A stretch of 64,000 nt of DNA, taken from the NCBI GenBank assembly GCA_024280835.1, contig JAJRPJ010000006.1, positions 149,656-213,655 of the forward strand, written 5' to 3'. Below are positions 1 through 10,625 of the stretch, piece after piece. This DNA is from Candidatus Zixiibacteriota bacterium (GTDB lineage: Bacteria > Zixibacteria > MSB-5A5 > GN15 > JACZUZ01). The notes below the pieces were generated by a model that saw only the letters and a list, made by a program, of their open reading frames with translations, was not told the origin of the DNA and did no database searches. The position numbers and the translations under genes were made by a program. Positions within the stretch are counted from its first letter, which is position 1. Each line of letters starts with the position of its first letter.

Positions 1-481
1 AATCCTTCTCTTCGGATAATCTCGGCCTAATCTTTGCTATTGTCCTCCAATTCTCACATTCTCCTGATTCAGAGAACTCAGTACAAGAAGTAATCAGCCA
101 TACTTCGCCGCTTCCAAGAAGTATGCCTTGCCAATTTCTTAGGAGAGAATCATAGTCCTGTGCTAGTATCATCTCTCGGATATCGCTAGTGATTATTAGG
201 TCATAATATTTTTGAAACTCTTCTTTTGAAGAGATTACAATATCTTCGCAATCGAAAGAGTACACTTGCGGATATCCCAAGAAACCTCCAACTCTACTTG
301 TGTCGTTTGAACGCAAAGCGAGTTGGAAGTTGTTTAAGAACTCCTTTTCGCCATGTGGAGCATCATGGTGTTCATTGGTTGAATAGAGTTCAGCTTTGCC
401 AGTTGTGAACAAGATGAGAATACTCGCAATCACGATTAGTGGCAAAATGTGCTTGAAATGTTTGTGCAATGTGATACTCAT
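1..481 (-). CDS. Secreted hypothetical protein, partial (3' end beyond window start)
   Basis: Not in the ORF track; translated by hand. The frame is open from the ATG at 481 to position 1: MSITLHKHFKHILPLIVIASILILFTTGKAE (signal-peptide-like)...YPQ...EEFQKYYDLIITSDIREMILAQ...RNWQGILLGSGEVW. Confidence 0.7.
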   Translation of the reverse strand, partial: MSITLHKHFKHILPLIVIASILILFTTGKAELYSTNEHHDAPHGEKEFLNNFQLALRSNDTSRVGGFLGYPQVYSFDCEDIVISSKEEFQKYYDLIITSDIREMILAQDYDSLLRNWQGILLGSGEVWLITSCTEFSESGECENWRTIAKIRPRLSEEKD

Positions 482-509
482 ACGGTTAATATACAGTTTC
501 TAAGACGAA

Positions 510-1484
510 TCAACCAAATTTCTTTGCGGCTTTTTCGAATTCAGGAGATGTCAGTTTCTTCAAGTCTTTGTCGAGTATTTTCAGTTGGGCTGGTGTTAGC
601 GCGGAAAGTTCGCGGGCGAAGGCGCCGGATTTTATTTCATTCAGGGCGGCTTTCATTCTTTTCTTGACACCTGCGTCGATTAGTTTTGGGCCTGTCTTTA
701 GTGAGCCGTATTTGGCGGCGACTGAGATTCTTTGGTACATGCCCTCAATGCCGAATCTCTTTATCAAACTCACTATCAAATCTAATTGATAACAAACTTC
801 GAGATAAGCATTGTCTGATGAAATCCCAGCTTCGGTTAATGTTGTAAAGCCAGCGTGAATCAATTCAGTCAGTCCACCGCAAAGCACTGTCTGCTCGCCA
901 AAAAGATCGCCGAGCGCCTCATCATCAAAGGTTGTTTCAAAAAGTTTCTTCTGTCCGACGATTCCGATGGCTTTGGCAAATGCCAGCAGGCGTTTTTTGG
1001 CTTTACCTCTGGCGTCGTTCTTGATAGCCCAAAACGCGGACATTTCATTTTTGCCATTTACGAATTGTTCGCGCACGGAAATCCCAGGGCCATGCGGCGC
1101 TAGCATGATGACATCCATATCAGTGGGAGGTGTGACCAGAGAAAAGCTGATGCTTGTTCCGTGCAAAAAGACCAAAGTTTGTTTGGGGTGTAAGTGTTGT
1201 TCTATGGCGCTTGCGAATGTGCGCTGGTGGCAATGGTCAGGGAAGGCGAAGATGATAGTTTGAGCGCCAGCAACGGCACGACTGACAGTTGTGACAGAAA
1301 ATCCCGCGCGCTGGGCTTTGCGCCGTGACTTACTGCCTGTCGGTAAACCAATAATGACCTCACAACCAGAGTCGCGCAGATTCAACGCTATTGCAGTTCC
1401 TTGACTGCCAAAACCGAGTACTGCACATAGGCCAAGTGTTGTAGCGGAAGAAGAGGTTGTTCGTAATTTTGTTTTTGCGTTCAT
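510..1484 (-). CDS. ilvC: Ketol-acid reductoisomerase (class I)
   Basis: Motifs LGFGSQG..ALNLRDSG, APHGPG..VR, DLFGEQTVLCGG, AYLEVC, ISVAAKYG. Confidence 0.95.
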   Translation of the reverse strand: MNAKTKLRTTSSSATTLGLCAVLGFGSQGTAIALNLRDSGCEVIIGLPTGSKSRRKAQRAGFSVTTVSRAVAGAQTIIFAFPDHCHQRTFASAIEQHLHPKQTLVFLHGTSISFSLVTPPTDMDVIMLAPHGPGISVREQFVNGKNEMSAFWAIKNDARGKAKKRLLAFAKAIGIVGQKKLFETTFDDEALGDLFGEQTVLCGGLTELIHAGFTTLTEAGISSDNAYLEVCYQLDLIVSLIKRFGIEGMYQRISVAAKYGSLKTGPKLIDAGVKKRMKAALNEIKSGAFARELSALTPAQLKILDKDLKKLTSPEFEKAAKKFG

Positions 1485-1498
1485 TGGTTAGTAGATTT

Positions 1499-2824
1499 TT
1501 ATCGGTTGATTTGTTTAATAGATTCAAACAGCGGGTAAAATGATTTTTGACTGGCTGCATGAGCTTGTTGGATTTGTTCTGTTCCGATATTTGTATAGCC
1601 GCCATCTAGCTTTGCTTCATAGAAGCCTCGATAAAAATTATCTGGGTCGACCATCACACGCAGTGTCAAATCAACTGCCAGAGAATCTATTGGTGCGCGA
1701 TAGTGTAATGAATGACTAGAATCTGGCGCTATGCGTGTATCAAAGTATTCTTCAGTTAGTGTACTAGAAACTTCCCAGCCAATTGTCTCTTGTTGAAAAG
1801 TCCCGCTAATGATATCTCCGTGACGGTCAATTTGGTAAGCCTGTAAATAAACCTTGGGGGTGAGATAGGTTGGAAAATTGTGGCCTGTGTTGGTATTAGT
1901 TAGTGTAAGTGTTACTGAAAGTGTATCGTGAGATAGTAGATGATTACTAGCTTCGATTGTGACACCACTGCGAGTCATCTCGACGTCATGAATCCCTTTC
2001 CATAGATGTCTCCTCTCGGGCATATGGCATTTTTGACATGTCATGCCCTCGGTTGCGTAGCGACTGGATTGCCACTCAGCTAGAGTGTTCTCCACCAATT
2101 TGCCATTGATCCTGAAGCCATCTTGTTCGAATTGATGGCAAGCGCCACAAAACTTAGAGCTTTCGAAATCAGCTTCCTCACTGAAGCCATTGTGAGGAAT
2201 AACTTTATTAGTATCCAGCGGCGGCAAACCTGTATTGCGTGGTGGCCCGTAGATGTTGTAGCCACGCATGTGACACGCAGCGCAGGTCATACCGTACTCA
2301 TGCAGACCTTTACTCTCGTTGCCAATGTTTTTGATGTCAAAGGCTCCTAGTGACACCTCAACTAATTGCTCTTGAAGCGCTAGCGCTTGCTCGGCCAGCG
2401 GTGCGTGGCAATGCAAGCAGTCTTGTTGGGAGGCGCTATCTGATGGGTCGAAGTCTAGTAATTGCCCCATCAAGCCTGCTCCCATCGCCAAACTATGATG
2501 ACTACCCTGCCAATCTTGATATTGTGGCACATGACAGGCGCCACAATCCTTGGGAAATAATGATTGCTCTTGTTCGGTGTATGAGGCTGGAGCCTTTCCT
2601 TGAGTAGGCAAGGGTCTGAGCCAATGCTTGGTCAAAAACTCACTATCTAGTTTTGAAGCGCCTTGTTTAGAAGCGCCTTGTCTAGAAGCGCCTTGTTTTG
2701 AGTCATCTGATTTCGAAACGTCTAACTTTGAATCTCCGGTTTTTTGTGACCCTGAATCCGAACAGGCGGCTATTGCCAGCGAAAGGCTCATTAGCGCCAG
2801 TATTATCAGAGTGTATTTTCGCAT
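1499..2824 (-). CDS. Pentaheme c-type cytochrome lipoprotein (c554-like multiheme family)
   Basis: Lipobox LAIAAC. Five CxxCH motifs (CGACH, CLHCH, CAACH, CGACH, CQKCH). Also QYQDWQGSHH and GHNFPT. Confidence 0.85.
   Translation of the reverse strand: MRKYTLIILALMSLSLAIAACSDSGSQKTGDSKLDVSKSDDSKQGASRQGASKQGASKLDSEFLTKHWLRPLPTQGKAPASYTEQEQSLFPKDCGACHVPQYQDWQGSHHSLAMGAGLMGQLLDFDPSDSASQQDCLHCHAPLAEQALALQEQLVEVSLGAFDIKNIGNESKGLHEYGMTCAACHMRGYNIYGPPRNTGLPPLDTNKVIPHNGFSEEADFESSKFCGACHQFEQDGFRINGKLVENTLAEWQSSRYATEGMTCQKCHMPERRHLWKGIHDVEMTRSGVTIEASNHLLSHDTLSVTLTLTNTNTGHNFPTYLTPKVYLQAYQIDRHGDIISGTFQQETIGWEVSSTLTEEYFDTRIAPDSSHSLHYRAPIDSLAVDLTLRVMVDPDNFYRGFYEAKLDGGYTNIGTEQIQQAHAASQKSFYPLFESIKQINR
2655..2699. 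repeat. In-frame 15-bp tandem repeat, 3 copies (encodes QGASR/QGASK linker)
   Basis: gaagcgccttgttta / gaagcgccttgtcta / gaagcgccttgtttt. Confidence 0.9.
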
Positions 2825-2994
2825 GCCATTAACATACTCTCAGTTTGAGCGCCTCGCAAGCTATAGGGTGAATGAAATATGAGCGCAAAGCAGCATTGTG
2901 TGAGTTATACGCTTGTCGGGCATGGTGTTAGGTTGAGATGGAGATATGGGAGGAATAATTGAAATACAATCTTGGATCATCTCTTTTGGAGCTC

Positions 2995-3033
2995 TTTACA
3001 CAAACTGTGTCTAACGCTAACTTAATCCTAACG
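2995..3033 (+). promoter_or_regulatory. Putative Pho box upstream of phoB
   Basis: TTTACA (2995), CTAACT (3017) and CTAACG (3028) lie on an 11-bp register. Confidence 0.45.
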
Positions 3034-3101
3034 GTTCGCGCCGAATATCACAATGTGAGGCGCTAGGCCTCGATGTCGAAAGTTGTAACAAGAGAATTAT
3101 C

Positions 3102-3806
3102 ATGAGCGCCATATCCCAGACCACCAAAGAGCGAATCCTGATTATTGAGGATGAGGATGAAATTGCGACTTTGATTCAGCACAATTTTGAACGTGAAGGT
3201 TTTGCAGTCAGTGTCGTCAGTGATGGTGATTCCGCTCCAGCGGCTATTCGCGATCAGCATCCTGACTTGGTACTCTTGGATTTGATGCTCCCAGGACTCA
3301 GCGGGTTAGATATTTGTCGAATTGTGAAATCCGATGATGAGACAAAATCGATTCCAATAATTATGCTCACCGCCAAAGGTGAAGAGTCCGACATTGTTGC
3401 TGGCTTGGAACTCGGGGCGGATGACTACATTAGTAAGCCGTTTAGTCCAAGAGTTTTGCTGGCGCGCGCTCATGCTTGTTTGCGTAGAGCTAAGATAGTC
3501 GTTCCAGATAAAGAGCAAGTCATTACTGTGGGCGCTTTGATGATCCATCCTGGTCGGCATGTTGCTTCGGTTGATGAGCAGCCAGTGGATTTGACACTGA
3601 CTGAGTTTCGGATTTTGCATTTATTGGCTCGCAAACCTGGTTGGGTTTTCACACGTTACCAGATTGTCGACAGTGTTCATGGCGAGAATCATCCTGTTAC
3701 CGATCGCTCGGTGGATGTGCAAATTGTCTCTTTACGCCGCAAACTAGGCGAATCGGGAGCTCTGATAGAAACTGTTCGTGGAGTTGGTTATCGTTTCTCA
3801 AATTAG
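3102..3806 (+). CDS. phoB: OmpR-family response regulator, PhoB/PhoP type
   Basis: REC domain (LLDLMLPG, LTAK, DDYISKPF) plus wHTH (RSVDVQI..LRRKL, TVRGVGY). Adjacent to phoR and pst. Confidence 0.9.
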   Translation: MSAISQTTKERILIIEDEDEIATLIQHNFEREGFAVSVVSDGDSAPAAIRDQHPDLVLLDLMLPGLSGLDICRIVKSDDETKSIPIIMLTAKGEESDIVAGLELGADDYISKPFSPRVLLARAHACLRRAKIVVPDKEQVITVGALMIHPGRHVASVDEQPVDLTLTEFRILHLLARKPGWVFTRYQIVDSVHGENHPVTDRSVDVQIVSLRRKLGESGALIETVRGVGYRFSN

Positions 3807-3878
3807 GAATTCGTTGAGAGTCAACAGAAATAGCGATTCGCTCTTGTAACTAGTCTCAAAGAAATCTACTTTAATAGT

Positions 3879-5672
3879 ATGAGCACGCAACAGCGTTTCT
3901 TCAGGCAACTGTATCCATCCTATGCCCTAGCTGTTTTGGTGGTAGTTGCCGCCCTAGGCGCTTACCTTAGTGTCAGATCCAAAGCTGAGTATCAGCGTCG
4001 TCAAATCGATGATATTGAAACACAATTGCAAGTCATCAAGGGAATGTTGGCCCCTTGGATAGGTGACTTTGCGTCCAGTTCGATAGATACACTTTGTAAA
4101 CGTCTCGGGAAAATCGATGATGTTCACATGCTAGTTGTCTTACCTACTGGCGAGATAATTGGTGACAGCAAGAGAAAATTTGAAAACCTCTTAGGTGTCA
4201 AAACGCGGCCCGAAATTGCTGCGGCTTTGAATGGCGCAACGGGTCAAAGCATCCGTTTTGACGCTACGTTACAAACAAAAATGCTTTTTGTGGCTGAGCC
4301 AATATATAGGGATTCTGTGATTGTCGGCGCTCTACGTCTTTCAATACCAGTTATGCCGCTGTCATATTTTGTTAGTCAAACTATTGGCGCTGTTGTATTG
4401 GTTGGAATGTTTGGGTTGCTGTTGTCAGCTTTGGTTTGTTATGTCATGGCACGGCGATTGGCAAAGCCGCTGGAGACATTAACTGAATGGGCGCACAATC
4501 GTAAAACCGCGGATTCAACCATTGTTGATGTTGCAACCGCGGCTCTAATGGAACAGACCCCAGCTGGCGTGGCTGATTCCTATCAGCAGCTTAACAAGGT
4601 TGGTTCAGAACTTGACGAGAAACTTGCCGATGCGCTTCGCCAAAAGAATGAGCAGTCGGCAATTTTTCAAAGCATGACCGAGGGCATCTTTGCCATTGAT
4701 TTTCAAGAGAAAGTAGTCAGCGCTAATCGTGTCGCCTGCGAGTGGTTTTCTATCACCAAAAAGAATATTGTGGGTCTGACATTACAAGAGACTGCGCGCA
4801 ACAGTGACTTGGAGAGAATCGTCTTAAAGGCTCTAAGGAGCCAAACTTCGGAACCGACTGAAAGTGAATTGATCTTACCCTCGGGTAGAATTTTACAGGT
4901 TTTTGTTGTAGCGCTTTCTGATGAGACTGATAGAAGTCTTGGTGTGGTTGTGGCGCTGCATGATATCACACAGATCCGCAAACTTGAATCTGTGCGCAAA
5001 GAATTTGTTGCCAATGTTTCACATGAGCTCAGAACACCAATCACCTCAATTAAAGGTTATATCGAGACATTGTTGTTGGACGGGGAACCATTGACACAAA
5101 CACAGCGAAAATTCTTAGGCATCATCTCTGATCAGTCAGAGAGACTGGATGCCATAGTCAATGATCTCTTGACGCTCTCTAGAATTGAACGTGAATCTGA
5201 GATTGTCTTTGATAGAGTAGATGTGAAGACGATTGTTGTAGGCGCGATTGGGGCTTGTCAAAGTCGAGCTGAAGCGAAACAGATCCAAATCGAGACGAAA
5301 TTACTACAAGGCTTGTCGGTCTCAGGAAGCACGCTGTTACTTGAGCAGGCGCTTATAAATCTTCTAGAGAATGCCATTAATTATAGTGAGCCAGAGACTA
5401 TGATAAGGGTTGAGTCGTCTCTGCAAGGCGCAGATATTCACTTGCGTATTATAGACCAAGGCATTGGTATCGAGAAAAAACATCTGCCACGCTTGTTTGA
5501 GCGCTTCTATCGCACTGACAAAGCTCGGAATCGAAAAGTAGGTGGCTCTGGACTGGGTCTAGCGATAGTGAAACACATAGCTTTAACTCACAAAGGTGAG
5601 ATTTCGGTGGAAAGTGTTCATGGTCAGGGGAGTGTTTTCATATTAAGACTTCCGCAGTCGATGGCAGAATAA
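3879..5672 (+). CDS. phoR: Phosphate regulon sensor histidine kinase
   Basis: Two TM segments, PAS, H-box FVANVSHELRTP, NLLENAINYS, FERFYRTDKAR, GGSGLGLAIVKH. Confidence 0.9.
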   Translation: MSTQQRFFRQLYPSYALAVLVVVAALGAYLSVRSKAEYQRRQIDDIETQLQVIKGMLAPWIGDFASSSIDTLCKRLGKIDDVHMLVVLPTGEIIGDSKRKFENLLGVKTRPEIAAALNGATGQSIRFDATLQTKMLFVAEPIYRDSVIVGALRLSIPVMPLSYFVSQTIGAVVLVGMFGLLLSALVCYVMARRLAKPLETLTEWAHNRKTADSTIVDVATAALMEQTPAGVADSYQQLNKVGSELDEKLADALRQKNEQSAIFQSMTEGIFAIDFQEKVVSANRVACEWFSITKKNIVGLTLQETARNSDLERIVLKALRSQTSEPTESELILPSGRILQVFVVALSDETDRSLGVVVALHDITQIRKLESVRKEFVANVSHELRTPITSIKGYIETLLLDGEPLTQTQRKFLGIISDQSERLDAIVNDLLTLSRIERESEIVFDRVDVKTIVVGAIGACQSRAEAKQIQIETKLLQGLSVSGSTLLLEQALINLLENAINYSEPETMIRVESSLQGADIHLRIIDQGIGIEKKHLPRLFERFYRTDKARNRKVGGSGLGLAIVKHIALTHKGEISVESVHGQGSVFILRLPQSMAE

Positions 5673-5683
5673 GATTTGGATTT

Positions 5684-5742
5684 TTGACAAGAGATTAACA
5701 AAATTATTGGTTCTATATTCAAATGTTAACATGTACGTAACA
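5684..5742 (+). promoter_or_regulatory. Putative Pho boxes upstream of the porin gene
   Basis: Two direct-repeat pairs with 11-bp spacing: TTGACA(5684)/TTAACA(5695) and TTAACA(5726)/GTAACA(5737). Confidence 0.65.
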
Positions 5743-5820
5743 TTAGCTGAGTTTACTCATGACTGGAGCGTATTTTCACAATGAATTTGAGAACGCATCC
5801 AAGAAGACACGTAAACTTGA

Positions 5821-6954
5821 ATGTTTAAAGGAAAGACAAGAGTGAATCAAAAAGCTAAAAAAGTGTTTTGCGCGATTGTAATTGGACTAAGCGCTGTCAG
5901 TGGAGGCAGGGGAACATCGGCGCAAGCTGGTGAGCTGAGCGAGAATATTTCTGTGAAAGGCGATTTACGTTACCGTCACGAACTGATTGACCAAGACGGT
6001 AAGGTTCAGCGTAATCGTCAACGAATTCGAGCTCGTTTTGGAATTGCGGCGGACATTGGCAGTGATGTCAAATTAAGTTTCTTTTTGGCAAGTGGTTCTG
6101 GTGATCCAGTTTCGACTAATCAATCCCTAGATGGTGGATTCTCTAGTAAGCAAATCAATCTTGATATTGCTTCTTTTCACTGGACACCAGAAAAGGTGTC
6201 TGGACTATCTGTTACAGGTGGAAAGAGCAAGGTTCCTTTCTACAAGCCTGGTAAGGCCGAATTGATATGGGATAGCGACTTACGTCCTGAAGGCATTTCA
6301 GCGAACTTCAAACACAAATCTGGCGCTGCCTCATTCTACATTACGGCCGCAGGATTTTGGGTCAATGAAGAAAGTAGCGCCGTGGACGCTGGATTACGCG
6401 CTGTTCAGGCCAGAGTGAAGGTTGCCTCAGCAAATGGCAAGACTTCGGTCATTGGTGGCGCAGGCTACTTTGATTACAGCAACTTGCAAGGACGCGCTAC
6501 AATTTACAAAGCCGCAAAAGGTTTTGGAAATACTCTCGACGGCTCTGGAAATTACATGTATGACTTCAATATCCTTGAGGTCTTTGCCGAGGTTGCCACC
6601 AAAACAAAGACTATGGCTGTGAAAGCTTTCTTTGACTATGCCAATAATACAGATCCAAGTGACAACAACACAGCTTGGTTAGTTGGGTTCACTGTCGGCA
6701 AAAATTCCAAAAAGACTGGTTCATGGAGCGCACGTTACAATTATCGCAAAATTGAGAGCGATGCTGTTCTGGGTGTCTTCACAAACTCTGATTTTGGTGG
6801 TGGCGGAACTGATGGTCAGGGACATGAGATGGGTTTGAAAGTACAGGTCGGCAAAAAAATCCAGGCAGCAGCAACGTACTTCATCAACACAGTTGACCTC
6901 TCAACTACGACGAAGTACAAGCGTCTCCAACTCGATGCGATTTTCAAGATATAA
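5821..6954 (+). CDS. Outer-membrane beta-barrel putative porin (Porin_5-like)
   Basis: Signal peptide; GDLRYRHE...RQRIRARFG, DPVSTNQSL, WDSDLRPEG; C-terminal strand QLDAIFKI. The start may be the GTG at 5842. Confidence 0.75.
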   Translation: MFKGKTRVNQKAKKVFCAIVIGLSAVSGGRGTSAQAGELSENISVKGDLRYRHELIDQDGKVQRNRQRIRARFGIAADIGSDVKLSFFLASGSGDPVSTNQSLDGGFSSKQINLDIASFHWTPEKVSGLSVTGGKSKVPFYKPGKAELIWDSDLRPEGISANFKHKSGAASFYITAAGFWVNEESSAVDAGLRAVQARVKVASANGKTSVIGGAGYFDYSNLQGRATIYKAAKGFGNTLDGSGNYMYDFNILEVFAEVATKTKTMAVKAFFDYANNTDPSDNNTAWLVGFTVGKNSKKTGSWSARYNYRKIESDAVLGVFTNSDFGGGGTDGQGHEMGLKVQVGKKIQAAATYFINTVDLSTTTKYKRLQLDAIFKI

Positions 6955-6997
6955 GAATTACTGATAGTCGAGAAAGTCAATAATTTAGATATTGTAG

Positions 6998-7059
6998 TCA
7001 ACAAAATTATGTGAATTGAATTGCCCGCTAACACAATCTTAACATGGTGCGAATATAAT
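6998..7059 (+). promoter_or_regulatory. Putative Pho box and -10 element of pstS
   Basis: TCAACAaaattat at 6998 (compare TTAACAaaattat at 5695). CTAACA(7028)/TTAACA(7039) are 11 bp apart, followed by TATAAT at 7054. Confidence 0.7.
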
Positions 7060-7160
7060 CTGCCGTGGCCAAAGGGACAGCAAACCCAAACTAGAATTAC
7101 GCTGAACCCCACGAAGAAAGAATTGCGGTCAAAAACAACAAAGCGGAAGAAGGAAGAAAA

Positions 7161-8033
7161 GTGAAAAGAATCAAAAGTATTATTACAGTAACAGCATTGG
7201 TGGCGTTCATAATTGCTCAGAGCGCGTCATTCAGCTCAGCCGATGAAAAGAAGAATCTGGTTATCAAAGGCTCAGACACAATGGTACATTTGGTGTCAAA
7301 CTGGGCCGAAGCCTTTATGGAAGAGCATCCTAGCATAGACGTTTCTGTTACTGGCGGTGGCTCGGGAACTGGTATTGCAGCTTTACTGAATGGCACAACC
7401 GATATTTGTGCCGCGTCACGCAAAATCAAAGGCAAAGAGTTGAAATTTGCTGCGAAGAAAAATGTCACGCCTGTTGAATTCGTAGTTGCTCGCGATGGTA
7501 TCGCGGTTGTTGTGAACCCAAAAAACCCAGTCAATGCCCTTAGTTTTGATCAAATTGCAGCTATTTACACAGGTGAATATACAAATTGGGCACAGGTCGG
7601 TGGGCCAGACAAAAAGATTGTTGTTCTCTCACGCGAATCTAGCTCTGGCACATATGTCTTCTTCCAAGAGCATGTGCTCAAGAAGCAGGATTACACACCC
7701 AGCGCTCGTTTGATGCCAGCGACTGCAGCTATCATTCAGTCTGTTACAGATGACCAGTGGACAATTGGCTATGTCGGTTTGGGGTATGTTGCCCACACAA
7801 AAGGAAAAGTTAAATCACTGAAAGTCAACGCCGCTGATTCACTCAAAGCGATTGCTCCTTCTGATGTAACTGTCGCCTCTGGCGCCTATCCTATAGCGCG
7901 TCCCTTGCAACTCTACACAAATGGACAGCCATCTGGAGCCGTCAAAATATTTATCGAGTTTGCCAACTCTGAAAAGGGTCAAGAGATTGTTCGCTCTACT
8001 GGCTTTGTTCCGCCTAGCGCAACAGGTAAATAG
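7161..8033 (+). CDS. pstS: Phosphate ABC transporter substrate-binding protein
   Basis: KGSDTM, GGGSGTGIAAL, RESSSGT, YPIARPL. Confidence 0.95.
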   Translation: MKRIKSIITVTALVAFIIAQSASFSSADEKKNLVIKGSDTMVHLVSNWAEAFMEEHPSIDVSVTGGGSGTGIAALLNGTTDICAASRKIKGKELKFAAKKNVTPVEFVVARDGIAVVVNPKNPVNALSFDQIAAIYTGEYTNWAQVGGPDKKIVVLSRESSSGTYVFFQEHVLKKQDYTPSARLMPATAAIIQSVTDDQWTIGYVGLGYVAHTKGKVKSLKVNAADSLKAIAPSDVTVASGAYPIARPLQLYTNGQPSGAVKIFIEFANSEKGQEIVRSTGFVPPSATGK

Positions 8034-8056
8034 TCTTAGAGCATAGTTCAATTGTT

Positions 8057-8923
8057 ATGTGGAAAGAGAAAGCCATAAAGTTTGGGCTGATGAGTTCGGC
8101 CTCAGTGAGCGTCATTTCGGTGGCGCTCATTTTTCTCTTTTTGTTCAAAGAAGGAGGAGACTTTCTTTCTTCCCCTGGAATCGGGTCATTATTTGATACA
8201 CGCTGGACACCTGTTTCATTTGTCAATGAGCGCTTTGGATTATATCCGCTGATTGCTGGTTCATTGTTGGTCACATTCTTAGCAACCGCAATCGCGATTC
8301 CCTTTGGTGTACTTGGCGCAGTTTACATTGCCGAAATTGCGAAGCCCAGAGAGAGAGAGATTCTCAAGCCGTTTATCGAAATTCTCGCAGGTATTCCATC
8401 GGTGGTGATTGGTTTTTTTGGATTGATTATTCTAGCCCCATTCGTGAAGAATGTTTTTGGGCTTTATTCAGGTCTGAATGCTCTTAGCGGCGCTTTGTTG
8501 CTAGCCCTGATGGCGATTCCTACTATCATCACTATTTCTGAGGACGCAATCAAAAGTTGCCCTAAGTCATATCGTCAAGCTTCGCTGGCCATGGGCGCTT
8601 CGCGTTTGCAAACACTTTGGCGAGTTGTGATGCCAGCGTCACTATCGGGGATAATTGCCGCTATTGCTTTGGGGATGGGACGTGTGATTGGTGAGACGAT
8701 GGTGGTTTTGATGATTACAGGTAATGCGCCACAAATCACGGCTTCGCCTCTAGAGTCTGTGCGAACTATGACTGCCACCATCGCTGCAGAAATGGGCGAA
8801 GTAGCTTTTGGTAGTGAGCATTATCAAGCGTTATTCATTGTCGGCATTGTGTTGCTGTTGTTCACATTTGCATTGAATATCTTTTCACGATTGTTCTATC
8901 GTCGCTATGGTAATCGCTCATGA
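8057..8923 (+). CDS. pstC: Phosphate ABC transporter permease
   Basis: LAGIPSVVIG, GRVIGETM; position in operon. Confidence 0.95.
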   Translation: MWKEKAIKFGLMSSASVSVISVALIFLFLFKEGGDFLSSPGIGSLFDTRWTPVSFVNERFGLYPLIAGSLLVTFLATAIAIPFGVLGAVYIAEIAKPREREILKPFIEILAGIPSVVIGFFGLIILAPFVKNVFGLYSGLNALSGALLLALMAIPTIITISEDAIKSCPKSYRQASLAMGASRLQTLWRVVMPASLSGIIAAIALGMGRVIGETMVVLMITGNAPQITASPLESVRTMTATIAAEMGEVAFGSEHYQALFIVGIVLLLFTFALNIFSRLFYRRYGNRS

Positions 8924-9777
8924 AACGTGACTACGCTGAAATATTTTTCAATTCTCTGGCTCGGTTAGTGACCTATTCAATAACCGCTGTTATTGCCTAT
9001 ATAATTTTTGATATTGTTCGCAATGGAATTGGTGTCATCAGCTGGGAGTTTCTCTCAGGATTTCCAAGCAATGGCGGGGCCAAGGGCGGCATACTACCTG
9101 CAATTGTTGGAACTGTGTATTTGTCGCTGGGTGCAATTATTGTTGCGTTGCCTTTGGGTGTGGCTAGCGCAATTTATTTAACAGAGTATGGCAAGCAAGG
9201 TAAGTTCAACGAAATGATTCGCTTGGCGATTGTGACATTAGCAGGTGTACCTTCGATTGTATTTGGCCTCTTTGGTCTTGGATTGTTTGTATTGTTCTTT
9301 GATTTTGGCTCTTCGATTCTCGCGGGTAGCTTGACTTTGGCCTTGATGATCTTGCCTACAATTATTGTAACTAGTGAAGAGGCGCTGCGAGCAGTTCCAC
9401 GTTCGTATCGTGAAGGTAGCTTGGCGCTAGGGGCGACTCAGTGGACAACGATTCGCACAAATGTCCTGCCCTATGCTTTGCCTGGCATGCTAACAGGGTC
9501 AATTCTAGGAATTGGCCGCGCCGCAGGAGAGACAGCGCCAATTCTATTGACAGTGGCCGCATTTTTTCTGCCGAGGCTTCCAGATTCAGTTTTTGATCAG
9601 GTGATGGCCTTGCCTTATCATCTTTACATCCTCGCCACGCAACATCCAGAAATTGAATTGGTGCGTCCGATGCAATACGGCACAGCTTTAGTCTTGCTGG
9701 TGATAGTTCTAGCATTTAACTTGGGAGCTATAGTTTTACGTAGTCGCTTCCAGAGAAAAATTAAATCACAACATTAA
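8920..9777 (+). CDS. pstA: Phosphate ABC transporter permease
   Basis: [22 protein letters not shown]; 4-bp overlap with pstC. Confidence 0.95.
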   Translation: MKRDYAEIFFNSLARLVTYSITAVIAYIIFDIVRNGIGVISWEFLSGFPSNGGAKGGILPAIVGTVYLSLGAIIVALPLGVASAIYLTEYGKQGKFNEMIRLAIVTLAGVPSIVFGLFGLGLFVLFFDFGSSILAGSLTLALMILPTIIVTSEEALRAVPRSYREGSLALGATQWTTIRTNVLPYALPGMLTGSILGIGRAAGETAPILLTVAAFFLPRLPDSVFDQVMALPYHLYILATQHPEIELVRPMQYGTALVLLVIVLAFNLGAIVLRSRFQRKIKSQH

Positions 9778-9782
9778 AAACT

Positions 9783-10580
9783 ATGAACGATACGAAACAA
9801 CTCAGCACGAAACAACAAAGCGTACTTGAGCCGCAAGTAAGCGTTAAGGACCTCTCGGTGTTTTACGGAGAGATGCAGGCGCTATACGATATCATTCTCG
9901 ATATTCCAACAAAACGTGTGACGGCGCTTATTGGTCCATCGGGTTGTGGCAAGTCAACGTTCTTGCGCTGTTTGAACCGCATGAATGATATTATCGAAGG
10001 CGCGCATGTAACCGGCGAGATTCTTATAGACGGCGAAGATATTTACCATCCTAACGCAGATGTCGTCGCCTTGCGAAGAAAAGTCGGTATGGTTTTCCAA
10101 AAATCGAATCCTTTCCCCAAGAGTATTTTTGACAATATTGCTTATGGTCCGAGAATTCACGGGCAAAAAAATCAAGGGATACTGAGCGAAACTGTTGAGC
10201 GAAGTTTGCAACGCGCTGGACTTTGGAATGAAGTCAAAGACAGATTGCAAAAGAGCGCACTTGAATTATCAGGCGGTCAACAACAGCGATTGTGTATTGC
10301 TCGCGCTCTGGCGGTTGATCCAAAAGTGTTGCTGATGGATGAGCCCGCCTCGGCCTTGGACCCTCGTTCAACTGCGCATATTGAAGATCTAATTGACAAA
10401 CTCCGCAAAGACTTTACAATTGTGATTGTCACTCATAATATGCAACAGGCCGCTCGAGTTTCTAGCCGCACTGCGTTTTTCTATGAAGGACGATTGATAG
10501 AAGTTGGGCGCACCAAGGAACTCTTCACCAATCCATCGATTAAGCAAACCGAAGATTACATCACTGGACGCTTTGGTTGA
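9783..10580 (+). CDS. pstB: Phosphate ABC transporter ATP-binding protein
   Basis: [25 protein letters not shown]-terminal YITGRFG. Confidence 0.97.
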   Translation: MNDTKQLSTKQQSVLEPQVSVKDLSVFYGEMQALYDIILDIPTKRVTALIGPSGCGKSTFLRCLNRMNDIIEGAHVTGEILIDGEDIYHPNADVVALRRKVGMVFQKSNPFPKSIFDNIAYGPRIHGQKNQGILSETVERSLQRAGLWNEVKDRLQKSALELSGGQQQRLCIARALAVDPKVLLMDEPASALDPRSTAHIEDLIDKLRKDFTIVIVTHNMQQAARVSSRTAFFYEGRLIEVGRTKELFTNPSIKQTEDYITGRFG

Positions 10581-10625
10581 TATTGTGCTAGCAGTTTTGT
10601 GTAAAAAGATAAAGGACAAGATAAT

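Noticed and set aside
2655-2699. 15-bp repeat as a phase-variation switch
   Set aside because: The unit is a multiple of 3 and lies in a linker, so copy-number change would not shift the frame.
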